From Chara braunii (taxonomy: Eukaryota; Plantae; Charophyceae): a stretch of DNA of 58,018 nucleotides. Every line of letters begins with the position of its first letter. Within the stretch, counting starts at the first letter, position 1. The translations under genes were made by a program, and so were the position numbers. Below the pieces are notes generated by a model. The model did no database searches. It saw nothing but the letters and a program-made list of their open reading frames with translations, and was not told the DNA's origin. The stretch is taken from positions 4,128,969-4,186,986 of the forward strand of contig BFEA01000031.1 in the NCBI GenBank assembly GCA_003427395.1, given 5' to 3'. This document shows positions 12,044 to 26,767 of this stretch, one piece after another.

Positions 12044-12348
12044 CTAGCATGGCTGCTGTAGCTTTGAGATATCCATGTGGCGCGTCTGGGTGGCGATGCG
12101 GGGGGGAACGTTTTCTTTTTGTTTTTTTTGTTATTGTTTTTTTCTTTTTCCTTGTTTTTTGGGGCTTCTGTTTTTTTTTGGTTTTTCTTTTGTGGCTGGC
12201 TCTTTTGCTGGAAGTAGGGCCGTAGCACTACTGAACTGGATGCATCTGAGCTGGATGGATTCGAGCCAAGGATCTGTTCACTAACAGTTTGGTCCGTTCA
12301 GGACTCTCTTTTTGTTTTTGTTTTTGTGTTTTTTCAGAGAAAGCCCAG

Positions 12349-12512
12349 GGGCCAAGTCCCACTAGCAGCGTTGAGCTACCTCAACGCCCGAATCTGGACG
12401 TGTTTGTGGAGACGTGCAGTTCAGGAAACTCAACACCACTTCTGCACATCTCCGTCAAAGCGTCCACTTTCAGGCGTTGAGGTAGCTCGACGCTGCTAGT
12501 GGGACCTGGCCC
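12349..12512. mobile_element. PIF/Harbinger-like MITE, TIR GGGCCARGTCCCACT (others 13761-13857, 23603-23769, 40930-41089, 41241-41337, 41795-41891, 42053-42213)
   Basis: Long palindromes with 3-bp TSDs CAG, CCG, CGT, CCG, CGG, CAG; the 40930 copy has mismatched CAG/CTG flanks. Confidence 0.85.
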
Positions 12513-12899
12513 CAGGGTGTTGTGGAGGCTAACTGTGACGCATTGGATGTACTGGGATGTACTGGGATGTACTGGGATGTTTAACACATTGAACTCTTAC
12601 TGTAGTTTGTGTTGGTTGCCTACTTGACGGTCTACGTTTATTCTACTTTCCGCCTAGACGAAGTAATAGTATACACATTTTATATCATGGCTATGACGCA
12701 TGACAGGTGGGATCACTCCCTTACCTGGGTTGCTTTCGTACGGTACATGTATAGCTAGTTTGTCTGGTAGAGCTCTTACTGTATCCACCGTTACTGGCCG
12801 ACTTGACCGCTACTTCGACATCCAACTTTTATCTCTACAAACTGTATCAGGCTGTGGCTCTTGTATTCCAATTCTGGAGATGAGTCCGGGCCGTCCCTC

Positions 12900-13500
12900 T
12901 GTGATATAGAGCTTCTGGTTGCGATCTCTCGTCTCTGTCTCACTGACACCCTGTTTCGTCCCCTTCTTTCTCCACTGCCCAGCCTTGGCAGGGTACCAGT
13001 GAGGTGGACAGACCCTGGCCGGCTTGGTGATGGTGATGGAAAAGAGGGGGGGTGGGGGGTGTTGGGTGTAGTGTGTGTGTGTGTGATCTGTGTGGGGTAG
13101 GGGGGGAGGGCGAGGGAGGCAAATGGGCAAGGGAGGGGGTAGTTGCAAAGCGCAGGGAGGGGGGAGGGGGGAGGGCGGAGGGGAAGAGCAGCATAATTGG
13201 GACTGTGACAGTGACAGGTGATCAGCTTTGGACTAGGATAAAGTCGGTCGGTTGATAGGGGACTTGAAAATGGTGCGTCGGTAATCGTTCCCACCGCCTC
13301 TCGGAGAGAAGCCAGGGGTGCCATGTGAGGGTGTGATCGGCAGAGTCTCTTATTTGGGTCAGTCCAGGTTTCAGCAAATCTGTTCCGCAGCCCCAGTCTT
13401 TTCGTAGTGTCCAGCTCAGCGGCTAGCTGGTTCTGCAGTTCCTTCCAAGCTGACTGGGTTTTGGCATTGATTGTGTCAATTATCGTTGATCTGGCTTGCA
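12900..13500 (-). mobile_element. Probable 3' end of an L1/Tx1-like LINE
   Basis: SAWKEL...RFAETW resembles the C-terminal F-x3-W motif of these ORF2s; followed by a C-rich UTR-like tract. Confidence 0.4.
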
Positions 13501-14868
13501 TGTGGCATTAAAGGCCGGCTCTTTGCATACGAACTGAAACCCGATCGCCAACCTGTTATTACACGGGGTACAAACGCTCCGGCCGCACACAGTTGTATCT
13601 TGGGAATGCGTGAACCGGCCAGGATCGTGCTAGCGAGCGCAGGATGGGGTACGAACGCTCTCGGGCACAGTTGGTTCTTGGGAAGGCGTGAACCCGACCG
13701 TAGAGCTGGCCAGAATCGTGCTAGCACAGCAAAATGATACCACAGTGGTTGCACGAGCCGGGGCTAGGTCCCACTTGCACAAATTAACAGATACTGACCG
13801 TAGATAGCAGAGATCAACGGCTAGAAACTCTTAATCCATGCAAGTGGGACCTTGCCCCCGGCATGACCTGTGGACCTCACCTCGCTGGCAATGATGCCGT
13901 CCCCAGCAGAAAGAGTGGAATTGGAGGTCACCCACACCGGACTTTTTGTAGGCCTTGGTTAGGTAGGGGCTTCACGGATCACCGGCTGGATCCCCTAAGT
14001 GGTTAGAACACCAGTTGGAAATGCGCATTGTGGTATGAGGTTGCCGGTTGAGAACTCAATTGCAGCCTTGTGCATGGACACCGGCAGGTCGTTAGAATGC
14101 CGCACGGCTGGGCTGCCGCACGGTAAGCTTATACAGACACTGCCTGCACACCAGCCATGGGTTCGGCTTGTCCATGGTGTTGCCTGTCGGGTCTTGATAC
14201 TGCGTGCGTTGCTTGTGGCTGTTGCTCGTGGTTGTTCTGTTGATCTCCCCAGTCCGGCATATCACACACAGGGGTCTTTTGTGATTGTCGCTCTAATGGT
14301 AGAATCTTCAGGTCACATGTCATAGATCATGGGTTTGAGTCTGGCTTGGGACTTTGGGGGGGGTTCTTGTCCAGCTTGGCCTGTCATCTCTTCAAAACGA
14401 ACACAGAGTTCCCTCTACATAGTACTGCACATATCTGGCCTTCGGGCACATACACGCTATACAATTACACAGAGCACACATAGCCTTCGGGCAGACACAA
14501 AAACACATGGCCCTACGGGCTCATACAAACATACATAGCCTTTGGGCACACACACATACACAACAACCACGATACTGGGCTGGGGGGTCTCTCAGGTATA
14601 TGACGGGGTTTACTCGCGCATGGCTTAGCTCTCGGGTAGGGTAGGGATACACGAATTTCAACACAACAATTTATTATTATGGTTCATATTCAAGGTTTCA
14701 AAAGATGTATTTATGGGACGCTGGACCCGGTTTCCAGCAGGTGACACTCCCCACCAATAGATGGAGTTTGGTTTGTCTAAAAAAAAGAAAAAAAAGAAAA
14801 AAAGAAAAAGGGAGATAAGTCGCTCTGCCTAGTCTAAGTTCCGCCTAGCCTTGGCCCTTGGGTAAGCT

Positions 14869-17328
14869 TGTGACGAACTATCTTCTGTAACCGCGCGACT
14901 TCCTGCGCGAGGCTGCTGTGGGGAAACTGGAGGGCTTTGATGGGTGACGGGGTGTAAGCAGGGATCGGTGGGGCAAGTTGCATGGATGCCCTTGCTTCTT
15001 TTCGTTTTTGTTGGAGTTCGTTGGGACGGTGCCGGGAAAAGTCCCGCGCTGACGATAAAGTGACCGCGCCCTAGCGAGCGCGAGAAATAACGGTTGCCAT
15101 AGCTTCTTTCTTGTTCTGCTGTGAGCACTACGAATTTTGGCGCAATTAGCACGCGGGAATTTTCGTTTTTAAAATTCGAACTAATGTCGAGCCCCCAGAA
15201 TTGTTTTCTTTCGGAATTTTCTTTTGCAATAAGGATTTATACTAGGAAATTGGGTGCGTCGTAATTTTTGCCTGTAACCGCACATCGCTTCTCGCGCGCG
15301 TGCGCTTTGCTGCACCCGGACCTACCCTCTGATCCCGCCGCCCCTAAATTCCATACTCAACTGTAATCTCTCCTTGCTCTTTCTTTGCGTACGCAGGTAT
15401 AACTGTAATATGCACTTTCTTGATATTCCTTCCCGCGTCGCTGTGTGCGCTCTTCATCCTCTATCTCATTGGCCAGATCGGTGCATAACTGGATCGAAGC
15501 GTGGAGTGAGGCTGCGTCCCCCACGTTGCGGCCCAGCCATGCAGCTGTAGGTACTTCCTTCTACTCTTCTCTTGTTTCGCTGGCAATCCCGGCTATTGCG
15601 CGCTGATGCACAAGTTATAAATTCTGCAAACGCGATTAATGGTCTCTCGAATCTACTTGGGAGTTAGAGCGGTCGAGAGGATCGCTAACGAGCGGAAGGA
15701 CGGTGAGTAGAGAGCCGGACGATCCGACGAGCTGGTGCTGAGTGCGCGGGGTTGACGCGTGGCCGCGAAGGACTGTGGCACGTAGGCGAACCTGGCTTGC
15801 ACACTTAGGCCAAGCGGGGTGACGACTCTGTATGGCTTTGGAGATGCGGGGCGACGGACTGTCCGCATCGAGAGAAGAGAGAAAGAGAGAGAGAGAGCGA
15901 GACGAGGATATGGTGGAACAATGTCTTCTTCTCCCTACCTTCTATGTAAAGTTTTGATTCCAACGTTGGTCAATTTTGTTGCGGCACCTTCGGATTTCTT
16001 GTGTGAATCATCTCGGACTATCTGCGTTGTGTGTATGTATGCATGAGGGTGAATGAACTCGCGTCCCTTCTTTTGAGTTGCCTTTAATCTCCAATTTTGC
16101 TTTGCTCAATTCCAATTTCGTCACTTCCGAGTACCCGTCTGCGCTGCGCGTATAACGACCTGCAAAATTTTGGTTCCCGCAGGTTGGGCCAGATACGTCC
16201 CTCACGCGCATCTCGTCCAATCACTTTTTTTTTTTGAGTCGCGCATGATTGCGAGGATCACAGGTGCGTTGGTTCTGGATGCTAAACTAACTCTGCCCTC
16301 TTTTGTATATGATGTTGTGAGCATGTATGCAATGATTAGTTCTGCCTGAGATTTGGATAACAGTTGCACGAAAGGACTAACTGCAAGCATATAGGATAAA
16401 CCGACACGTAGGTAAATCGCTCATTGGCAACGTACTCGCACGTAGTCTTTGATCTGATCGGTCGGCTCATGCGCACGCATGCGTAAGGTAGCCACCCACA
16501 AAGGTGACCTGCAGCCTACGCGTGCGCGTGCAAGAGCCAACCCGATCCCGCTCGTCGGAGATGCCTGCACTAAATTCCGCTAAATAGGATATGGCGATCG
16601 AAACTCCCTTCTGGATTACCGATCGCGAGAGCCTGATAGATCCGGAATACCGAGCGTATTGGGAAAGGGAACAAGTTAGATGACAACGAAACTTACTGAA
16701 TCCTGAGGACCCCGGCCAAACTGGAAACGAGCAACTGTGCAGGGGCCATTTCCAACTGGAAATAAACCGGGACTCAGGGATCCCGGATTATCCCGACAGT
16801 CGAACCCAACATTACTTTCTAACCCCGGGCTTCGTGGCCATCACCACTAACTTCCCTCCCTATTACATCGTCCTCCCGTATCACCAACTACTCGTCGTCC
16901 CCTGGGAGTCCATAGCCCGGTTCTGGCCCCGACCGCCTTGCTCAGAGTGTCAGCAACACGACGAGTACCGTCCGACGGGGATCACTCGACGAACCCGTTC
17001 CGAAACAGAACAATGAGAGCGCAGTTCATCCTCATCGGCCTCGGAGACTTGCGTCGACCGACAGCGGTACGAGCATTCCCACCGGGACACCCGTAGTGCC
17101 CCACCCGAGCGCCATACGCGGCCCAAGCCGCGAGATCAGCAATCGCCCCAACTCTGAGCCGAAAGAGACACACTTCTACCCCGGAAACTTGACACAGGAA
17201 ATTTCAGTTCTGACCTGGAATTCCACCCCCACTTTCCTAAATTCCTTTGCACACCCTTTTTCGCACTTCCAGGCCCACTAACACTCTGAAAACAGGAAGT
17301 TGCATTGGGCGTGAGGTTGGGCGTCACA
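14869..17328. mobile_element. Solo LTR (2,460 bp)
   Basis: TGTGACG...CGTCACA termini and 4-bp TSD AGCT; the rejoined flanks match the uninterrupted repeat at ~2322-2385. Confidence 0.8.
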
Positions 17329-18238
17329 AGCTAGGGGAAGGACAGTAGGATGTGTCCACGGGCACCAGCCTGCCTTGCTTAGCTAGGGGAAGGACGGTAG
17401 GATGTGTCCACGGGCGCCGGCCTGCCTTGCTTAGGTAATCATGCTGGGTGGACTCTTTGAATTGGGCCCATCGAAGATTGCATGAGCCTGGCGTACGACA
17501 AGGTCCGTCCGCTTCTACTTCCATTAGGGCTGGGAGGTTGGCCCAACCATGGTGCTTGTCACTTCTGTCTGGTCCAAGTTGCCCTCGATACAGGTAGGGT
17601 GATGGTCCTGACTGCTGGCCACACTGAGGTGGGATAATAGGGTAGGTGGCCTATCCTGTCGGGGCAACCATTGGCTACTGCTACCAGCAATCACCGCGGG
17701 TCTGGTCCTTGGCCTCTGCCCTGGTTCGACTGGAATCGACGCCTGTCTCTTTATCAAACAAGTCCTTGCAGGCAGGACCTCGTTCTGAGCAAGTGGCATA
17801 CTAGCTCATTTGATTTAGGCCCGCAAGTGGCATTCAGGAGGTGGTGGGTTCTGTTCTCACTGACCACCTAGGCATTCTTAGTGCCAACCAACTGAGATAG
17901 TTGGCTTGCTCCCGATGCCGGTATTGGTAGGCTCTTTGGTTATCACGAGTGTGTGAGCGTGTGTGTGTGTGTGTGGGTGGGTTTGTGTGTGGTGTGTGAG
18001 TGCAGGGCTTTGACACTGTTGTTACTTGATGGGGGCCGAGGGAGGTAGATGGGAGGCGTAGCTGCTGGCAAATGCTCGGTCTTTGTGTTAGCTGGCCTCC
18101 CCCAGCAGCGGCCCCACCCTACTCCCTGGCCAGTGCCGATTAGAGCGGGGGGCAACGTGTATCCCATTGATTGTTAGAGGTAGCTATGCTTGCAGGGGTC
18201 CCATTTATCCTCTTGACTATTAGAGGTCTATGTATCTC

Positions 18239-18705
18239 CCGTGGTCATCACTGCGGGCTTTTTGGCCGCATGCAGCCATGATCATGCCTGCGTGGGCTAA
18301 CTGCTGGGGCCAAGTGTGGCAAAAAAACCCGCCATTTTTAATTCGTAGAATAATAGTCGGAAAAAAAGGAAAAAATATGCGATTGTAGGGTTTGAAAAAC
18401 CCTACATCCCCATATTTTGTATTTGTTTTTTTTTATGTTCTTTGTGATTTAAAAAAAAATAGAAAACGAAAAACACAAGTATTAAAATCAAAAGAAACAT
18501 ATTTAAAAAAAACTTAATTTTGTTTTTTTCCTTTTTTTCTGATTGCTGGTGGGATAATCATGGTGCACCTGTTTCTTTGATTCTTTTTTTTACCTACATT
18601 TGCAAATATGAAAGGGACAAAGAAAAAAAGATAATAATGAAAAGAAAAACCCAAGCCATTTTGTTTTCTTTTTTCTTTTTTTTTTCGTTTTTGCCAGACA
18701 CACAC

Positions 18706-18736
<31 letters not shown>

Positions 18737-18772
18737 CTGTGATTGATTGATTGATTGTTTGATTGATTGATT

Positions 18773-18830
<58 letters not shown>

Positions 18831-18882
18831 NNNNNNNNNNNNNNNNNNNNNNNNNNNNNNNNNNCCGTGTGTGTGTGTGTCA

Positions 18883-18925
<43 letters not shown>

Positions 18926-19070
18926 ACCGTGTGTGTGTGTGTCACCGTGTGTGTGCGTGTTTTGTGTGTGTGTGCCGGGGGGAGGGTTGGGAGGACCTCC
19001 CCCACCAATTTATCAATCAATCAATCAATAAATCAACCAATCAATTAATTAATCAATCAATCAATCAATT

Positions 19071-19112
<42 letters not shown>

Positions 19113-19323
19113 CAATCAAGCAATCGATTTTATTTGTTTTTCTATTTTTTTTTTTCACATACCAAAAACGACCCCCCCAAATAATAAAAGAATTTAAAGT
19201 TTTTTTAGTTCAAGGGGGTAGGGTCGGGGTTCCGGAACCCCAATCCGCAACCCCAGCCCCCAACCCCCAACCCCCTTTCCCCTTGGCAGTTGCGGGCCGC
19301 GGCCGTGCCCGTGGTGACCGCGG
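18239..19323. mobile_element. Putative non-autonomous DNA transposon with inverted microsatellites
   Basis: CCGTGGTCATCAC / GTGGTGACCGCGG ends; (TGAT)n and (ATCA)n mirror each other around (GT)n. Confidence 0.5.
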
Positions 19324-19584
19324 CCACGGGTGTTTAATGGTTAGAGGTAGCTATGCTTGCAGGGGTCCCATGAATAGGCTGACAAGTGGTGGTAGGTACG
19401 TAGGGAGAGGTGAAATTGAGAGACGAATATAGCTTCGCAGCCTAGGGTGGGGGGCAACATGCATCCCCTTGATTGTTAGAGGTAGGTATGCTTGCCCGGG
19501 TCCCATGTATAGGCTTATGAGTAGTGGTAGGTAGGTAGTGAGAGGTGACATTGAGAGAAGAATATAGCTCAGCAGCCTTTGAAA

Positions 19585-19968
19585 GGGATAATTTGCAAAA
19601 TACCCCCATAAGTTGAGATATATGCCAAAATGCCCCGAAAAAATGTGGGTAGAGCGGAATGCCCCTCTGACAAAGAAACTATTTTGTGAAATATCCCTAA
19701 CGTCGGTTGGACCCCCATCTTTGCAATATACCCCTACTATATACCGTCCAACTTTGCAAAATGCCCCAGCACTTTCCAACTTTTCCTAGGCACTATTGCA
19801 AAAGCCCAAGGTCCAACCGGCGACGTCCAGATTGCAAAGTTGCACACCCGCCTGACAGGGGCACCGCACAAAAGATTCCGGCCCAAAAGGGCATTTCGCT
19901 CTACCCACATCTTTCAGGGACATTTTGGCATATATTTCAACTTATGGGGGTATTTTGCAAATTATCCC
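19585..19968. mobile_element. Mutator-like non-autonomous element
   Basis: ~80-bp TIRs GGGATAATTTGCAAAATACCCCCATAAGTTGA; TSD not clear. Confidence 0.75.
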
Positions 19969-20039
19969 TAAAAAAACAAAAAAAACACTCCTTCCCTTTT
20001 CTTTTTTTTGTTCTCAGGCTTGAAATTTTTGGATTATCC

Positions 20040-20288
20040 AGCGGCCTAACTCAGTTGGTAAGGCTCGCAAGTGGCATTCAGGAGGTCGTGCATTCAATCC
20101 CCATTGGCCTCATGTACCTTCCTGGGCATGCTTGGCGCCCGCCACCTAGAGATAGACCACTGGATCCCCCGATTGGCATTTAGCAGAGTCTGCTGATGTT
20201 CATAGGGGAGGGGACCTGAGGGGAGGCACAGGGATTGGTCCTGTTGGCATGGTCCCTGATGCTACCGGCTGTCCCCTAGCCGGTATCG
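20040..20288 (+). mobile_element. tRNA-derived SINE, second copy (head-only third copy ~17796-17860)
   Basis: CTCAGTTGGTAAGGCTCGCAAGTGGCATTC is identical to the 4451 copy and the body is collinear. Confidence 0.75.
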
Positions 20289-20798
20289 CCCACCTGCAGG
20301 CCGGGAGCAGCCCCCGCATGTTCTCTCGTGAACACGGTTCTGGCTGCTACAGGGTTTCCCGTATGCCTACAATTTGGAGCAGTGGTAGGTAGGTAGTGTG
20401 AGGTGAAATTCAGAGAAGAATATAGCTTTAATTTTTTTTTTTGTTTTTTTTTTTGGATTGGGATAACTTCAGGAAAGTGCCGTTTCAGTTTTAGTCTTTC
20501 AGGAAAAACTGGCGCTCGCACAAAAGTGCCGCCCCAAACTGGATTTACAAAAACGGGTTTGGTGCAGCAACAAAGTGCAACCCCATACCCCTTATTGCAT
20601 GAAAGTTCACTTTTCAAAAGGCCGGCCCGTTTGGCCTAAGGCCTGATCGGGAAAATTGGACCATGCTTTAGACCAACCAAGCGGGGGATGTAGGGGGGGG
20701 GATGTCAATTCCACTGTTTCCACATTCAGTGCTTTCCGGCTCGTGCTGCCCCCAGGTAAGCAAGCCAACGCTTAGCCGTCCCTGTCAGTGTATCTGTG

Positions 20799-20862
<64 letters not shown>

Positions 20863-21565
20863 NNNNNNNNNNNNNNNNNNNNNNNNNNNNNNNNNNNNNN
20901 NNNNNNNNNNNNNNNNNNNNNNNNNNNNNNNNNNNNNNNNNNNNNNNNNNNNNNNNNNNNNNNNNNNNNNNNNNNNNNNNNNNNNNNNNNNNNNNNNNNN
21001 NNNNNNNNNNNNNNNNNNNNNNNNNNNNNNNNNNNNNNNNNNNNNNNNNNNNNNNNNNNNNNNNNNNNNNNNNNNNNNNNNNNNNNNNNNNNNNNNNNNN
21101 NNNNNNNNNNNNNNNNNNNNNNNNNNNNNNNNNNNNNNNNNNNNNNNNNNNNNNNNNNNNNNNNNNNNNNNNNNNNNNNNNNNNNNNNNNNNNNNNNNNN
21201 NNNNNNNNNNNNNNNNNNNNNNNNNNNNNNNNNNNNNNNNNNNNNNNNNNNNNNNNNNNNNNNNNNNNNNNNNNNNNNNNNNNNNNNNNNNNNNNNNNNN
21301 NNNNNNNNNNNNNNNNNNNNNNNNNNNNNNNNNACACACCCACACACAAACACAAACACACACTCAAAAAAAAGAATAAATAAAAAAAAGGAAATCTACC
21401 AAGCTATAGTCCGCACGGCACAGCCAAAACGAGGGTGATGTGGAAAAAACTGAGAGTAGAGAATAGCCTAGTGAATACAAGCTGTCCCCTATATATGGAG
21501 AAGGGTGAGGGTGCGTTGTGATAGGGGCAAGACGATACAAGTGCCGTGGGCGGGCGCGCACGTGC

Positions 21566-21675
<110 letters not shown>

Positions 21676-22072
21676 CTCACACATATTTCCGATTCTCATG
21701 AGGGAAACGGATGTAACCAACTGGCACGTGGGCAACTGTCTGACGCCCACGAAGATTTGCAAAAATTGATGAGACCAGGACGTATTGCGATTCAGGGGGC
21801 CCTATTTCAATTAGGGCATACTCACACTGCGACCCGATTTGAGGTTTTGGGCATGGTTTGGGTTGCACTGCTGTACCTTTTTAGATGGGACACGGCCCTG
21901 GCCGTCTGGAGCAATGGCGATTTGGTACTTTTTGCTGGTCACACGGCACCATCCACAATTTGTGCAACAACTTTCGTGAACGAATTTTCACCAAATTGAA
22001 TTCTCGAAGACAATGGCAAAAAATAAATGGAAAACTTTAAGTCATAAAACCTCCCATCGACGAAACCTTTGC

Positions 22073-22122
<50 letters not shown>

Positions 22123-22898
22123 GCATCCATTTCCCCCCCAACGGGGAAACAGGTGCTGCAGGCCCCAGAATCACTTTTGGCGTCATCCAAAACTGGGTCT
22201 GCTAATGGGGGATGCTCCTATCACCTCCACTAGCACGATCCACGACAGCGATGTTAAAAAAAAAAACAAAAAAAACAAAAAAAAACAAAACAAAAAAAAA
22301 ACACTTTTGGCGTCATTTTTTCACCCTGCAAAACACTTCCACACCATTTTTCCACAGCGGCCTTTACCGGCCCAGACAGGGTAAGAACAAATGACAGCAA
22401 AAGTGATTTTTGGATCTGCGGCACTTTTTTCCCCGCTTGGGGGGAAATGGATACAAAGGTTTCGTTGGAAGAAAGGAGGTTTCATGATCTTTCCCAAAAA
22501 TAAATAGAGCCCTTGCCCCACGGCTACTCAGGGGACTGACAAATGGGCCCACAAATGGTACATTTAGGACTGTGGCAAATCTGCGTGACCGGTCGTGTAC
22601 CTTTTTGAGGGGAATTTTTTACTGACACCTGCTGCAGGGCGTAAACCCTTGCAATACGCACACACTGACTTTTTCACTTATTTATGGATGTAATTGCAGT
22701 CAGATGCATCCACATCCGGCCATAAATGCGGTCAGATTCATTTGAGATACAGATAGACTATTAGTGCGAGTATGCCCTCAGTGTGTCCACAAAATATTAT
22801 TCCAAGTTCCAACAGAAAATAATGCTGCGACAAAATTGCTTGATGACTACTGGAGCGTTGAGCCATAGGGCCCAGGTCCTCGTTGGGTTTTCTTTCTT

Positions 22899-22932
<34 letters not shown>

Positions 22933-24403
22933 AGGCTCCATATGCAAGACGTCTTTTTCAACCCAGTCCTCGTTGGGTTTTCAACCCCGAGTGACGTCGC
23001 TCTATGTGCCGCCCGAGTTGTGATCGTCGCACCGTCCGTGATGCGATCTGTTCTGAAAATCGCGTGGTTGATTTAAATCACCAGTACTTGAGCACTGCGC
23101 GCTGCGCCGGCCGCCCAAATCTTGAGGCAGCGCGGGCTGTCGATTCGATTTATCGACGGAGCGTTAATGCTAAGGCGTTGCCCAAGTACTGGTGGTTCAA
23201 GTTGTCTCGCTATGCCCTCCGAAATCGCTTATTTTCTTTCGTAAAAACCCACGGGAAAAATCGCATGTCTCTATTACAACACCCCCTACTCTTACCCATT
23301 CACGTTGGACTACCTTCTTCCCCCGAATACAACGTACGGTCATTATAGCTGTATTAAGACTGAAAGATGACCCAAATACAGCTATAATGACCGTACGTTG
23401 TATTCGGGGGAAGAAGGTTGCTGTCTCGTCTTTTCCATCTCATCAAGCTCAACAATATCAAGCTCAACACTCCCATATTGCCTCAACCGTTTATTTTTAT
23501 TTTTATTTTTATTTTTATTTTTATTTTTATTTTTATTTTTATTTTTTTTGTGTTGTCATTATTGGCAGTGCCAGACCGTTTCAGTAATCGGCTATTCACC
23601 GTGGCCGTGGTCCCATTAGCAAAGAGCATCGGATTGAAATGCCTGAAGCTGGACGTGTTCGAGGACAGGAGAGGGAAATCGAGATCGAACTGCTTTTCTG
23701 TATCTCTGCATAGAACATAGCCAGATTCAGGATCTCAATCAAATCCCCGTTGCTAGTGGGACCATGCTCCGTATTACAGCGATGCATATTGCAGCCGGTT
23801 TCACACACTTACCTGTCACAGTGCTGCATCAGGTCGTCGGCTGTATGGGGCCGCTATACTGTCCACATTCATGTGGAGTCATTCTGTACTGGCAGCCTTG
23901 GTGACATTGAAGAACCCCACAGCAGCCCATGCAACGTCGAATCCATATGCCAGAAACGACAAACCTTCCTCCTTTGGGGATGGAGGTCGTAAATGCCCTC
24001 GCATATTTAAAAAAAACCTCTCTTGTTGTCCTGCCTATTTTCCGTTCCTAGTTCATGACGGCGTTGATGGGAGATTGACCGTGGACATTGAGCTCTTTCA
24101 ACGAACGAGGTAGCTGTAGGAAATGTTTAACTCTATTGTATGATTGAGGGCCTGGTCAGTCGGTTGGCGCCGAGATTAGGTTTGAATTTGTGCTTGATAT
24201 TGCAAGGTTCCAAAAAGTATAGGTTTATTGTCCTTTTCAGAAACACATATTATTGAAATAATTTAGGATTTAGAGAGAAGGAAATTCGTTTTGCGATGTA
24301 TGGGAGTAATTCAGTGTTTTCCTCTTCTCAATTGCTGTAGGTAATTTTGCCTCTCGATAAGATGATATTCTCTGTAGTCACTATAATATTGTCAGTACGG
24401 AGC

Positions 24404-24773
24404 AGTGGGATTACCGATGGTGGGATGAAATGAGAGACCCGGTGAAGAGCAAACTAAAGTTGTATCCATTGGGTGCGTGGTGGGAAACCCGTCTAGGCAA
24501 CAACGGCTCTTTACAGTGTTTTGGACAGAGATGATGAGAACGTATCCCTTCGGCTCATCCTTTATCGACAGCCGCACTACGGGGGCAGTGTGAGGGCCAT
24601 CGTTAGTGGTGGGACCGTCAGTCGAATATAGTTATTATAAGAATAGTTAGCACGAGGAATAGTGGGAATACCAATGGTTGGACGAGACGAGAGACCCGGT
24701 GAAGAGCAAACTAGAGTTGTATCCATTGGGTGCGTGGTGGGAAACCCGTCTAGGCAACAAAGGCTCTTCACAG
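24404..24773. repeat. ~110-bp direct duplication
   Basis: GAGAGACCCGGTGAAGAGCAAACTA..GTCTAGGCAACAA occurs twice. Confidence 0.9.
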
Positions 24774-26495
24774 CGTGACTGGATAGTGACGATGGGAGGT
24801 AACCCTACAGCCTTCTTCTTGCTCAGCTCCTGTTCTCGGAGTTTATAGGTAGTGAGTATAGGTTCGTTCGTAGGTTTTCGAAGGTTCAAGTGCTGGGGTA
24901 CGTGTGTAGCGGTTTAGGATATTTTAGGGTAGTACGGTATAATTTTTCGTGTTTTGCCTTGTGCATTTTCGAGAGCTGCAGATCATAATGGGCTGCTCTT
25001 TGCCAATAGTGTTTCGATCTTAGAAACACGCCGGCGTTTTCCTGTGCAGCAAAGATATTGCATTTCAGTTTGAAGGAGTGGAGAGATTCTGTTATGATTA
25101 GCCCAGCCACCGTTTTCTGTTTTTTTTTTCTTTTTTTTTTCTGTGCCTCGAGGCTACATTGAGAAGTTTTTTCTATCTTTGGAGGCTGAGTGGTCTTGGG
25201 ACGCTGGACCCGGTTTCCAGCAGTTTTTCCTTTCTTTGGTAACACCCGGTAGAATTGTGAGGTCCCCGGCCTCGACCACTTTGGTTTTGAAAAAAAAAAA
25301 GAAAAAAAAAAAGAAGAAAGTAACATTGGAGGACATCTGCCCGCGGTATTAATAAATTACATTATGACATTCTTAAGGCATCTAATGCTGTCACACCGTT
25401 GACTTGGCTCAACTCAACAGTGCAGGGATCTTGTTGGAGCTCAACGGCTCAGTGGTGGGACGCTGTTGGACCTCAACGGCGCCGTTGAGCCAGCTCCTCG
25501 TTGGAGTCTTCAACCACAAGTGACACCGCGCGACGCGGCGCAGAAGATGCGAGACCTCCTTTAACCACCAGTACTTCCTAAAGTCATGCCCGTTAACACT
25601 ACGCGATTTTAGGAAACGTACGGGCCACTACAGGAGCGCCCAAATTCATCCAACTTGAAACGTTTTCACTCTATTCTTTTCCCCGGCCGATAGTTGGGCC
25701 AAGTACTGGTGGTTTAAAATTGCACGGTCGATTTATTTGAAGTGTGTAAGCCGAACGAAAAGGCCATTTCAAAAAAAAAAAAAAGGGGGGGGTTTGCCCC
25801 CTAGCTTGATTGTGTGTGTCTGATTACAGAATGCCTCTTCAAAAAAACAGAAAAAAAGGGGGTTGCCCCTTAGCTTGATTGTGTGTGTCTCATTAGTACG
25901 AGAAGGATCAAACTCGTGTTTCTCTTAAAGTCGGCTGGGTTACCGTGGGTCCATGCAGTATTCCTCTTACGCCATAAGGCCCAACGAACACATACTAATG
26001 GACTTGCGGCCACGAAGTGGGAGACTGGAGCTTGAGTGGGAAACCCAAACAAAAACGCAAAACAGATGAAAGAAAACATGCACAGACCCAGAGTTGTCGT
26101 TTTTTCTGGGTCATCGTTATGCATCTTATCATACTTGCAAAGTCAAATAACATCCTCATATATATGTATATATATCGTCACAAATAGAACTGCCCGGTAA
26201 ACCGTACTAGGTGATCTAGCCACAGGACTGGGGCACATAACTGGACTCCCAGACTTTCAGAGGTAAAAGTACAGTAAATGGGCCTCGCTGCACTACTCTC
26301 GAAATGTGCAAAACGCGAGTGAATCTTCCGCTAGAATATGGAAAGATGCGCCGCCATGATTTTTGTCTTTCGTGCATGTCGAGAGTTACTGTAGTGCAGC
26401 GAGGCCGAATGTCAGTAACCTTCTACAAGTTATGACCGATAATATAATTGAAGTACTACCCAGACAATGCCAAATGATATGACCATGAGCAAGGA

Positions 26496-26731
26496 TTCAG
26501 GCCACATAACAACTTGCATCTCACTCTTCCCCCCCCCGTCCCCGGGTAGGAACTTAAAACTACGACCCTACCGGACCTACCCCCCTTCCAGCAACCTACC
26601 CCCCTCTGGAAGGGAAGGGGGGTAGTTTGCTGGAAGGGGGGTAGGCTCGGTAGGGTCGTAGTTTTGAGTGTCTACCCGGGGACCTTGGGGGAAGAGTGAG
26701 AATCTGATGCAAGTTGTTATGAGGCCTGAAT
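26496..26731. mobile_element. Foldback/MITE palindrome (~235 bp)
   Basis: ATTCAGGCC..ATAACAACTTGCATC is mirrored at the right end and the arms pair almost to the centre. Confidence 0.7.
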
Positions 26732-26767
26732 GCATGCTCAGTTCCCACCCCAGCAGAAACGCAATAA

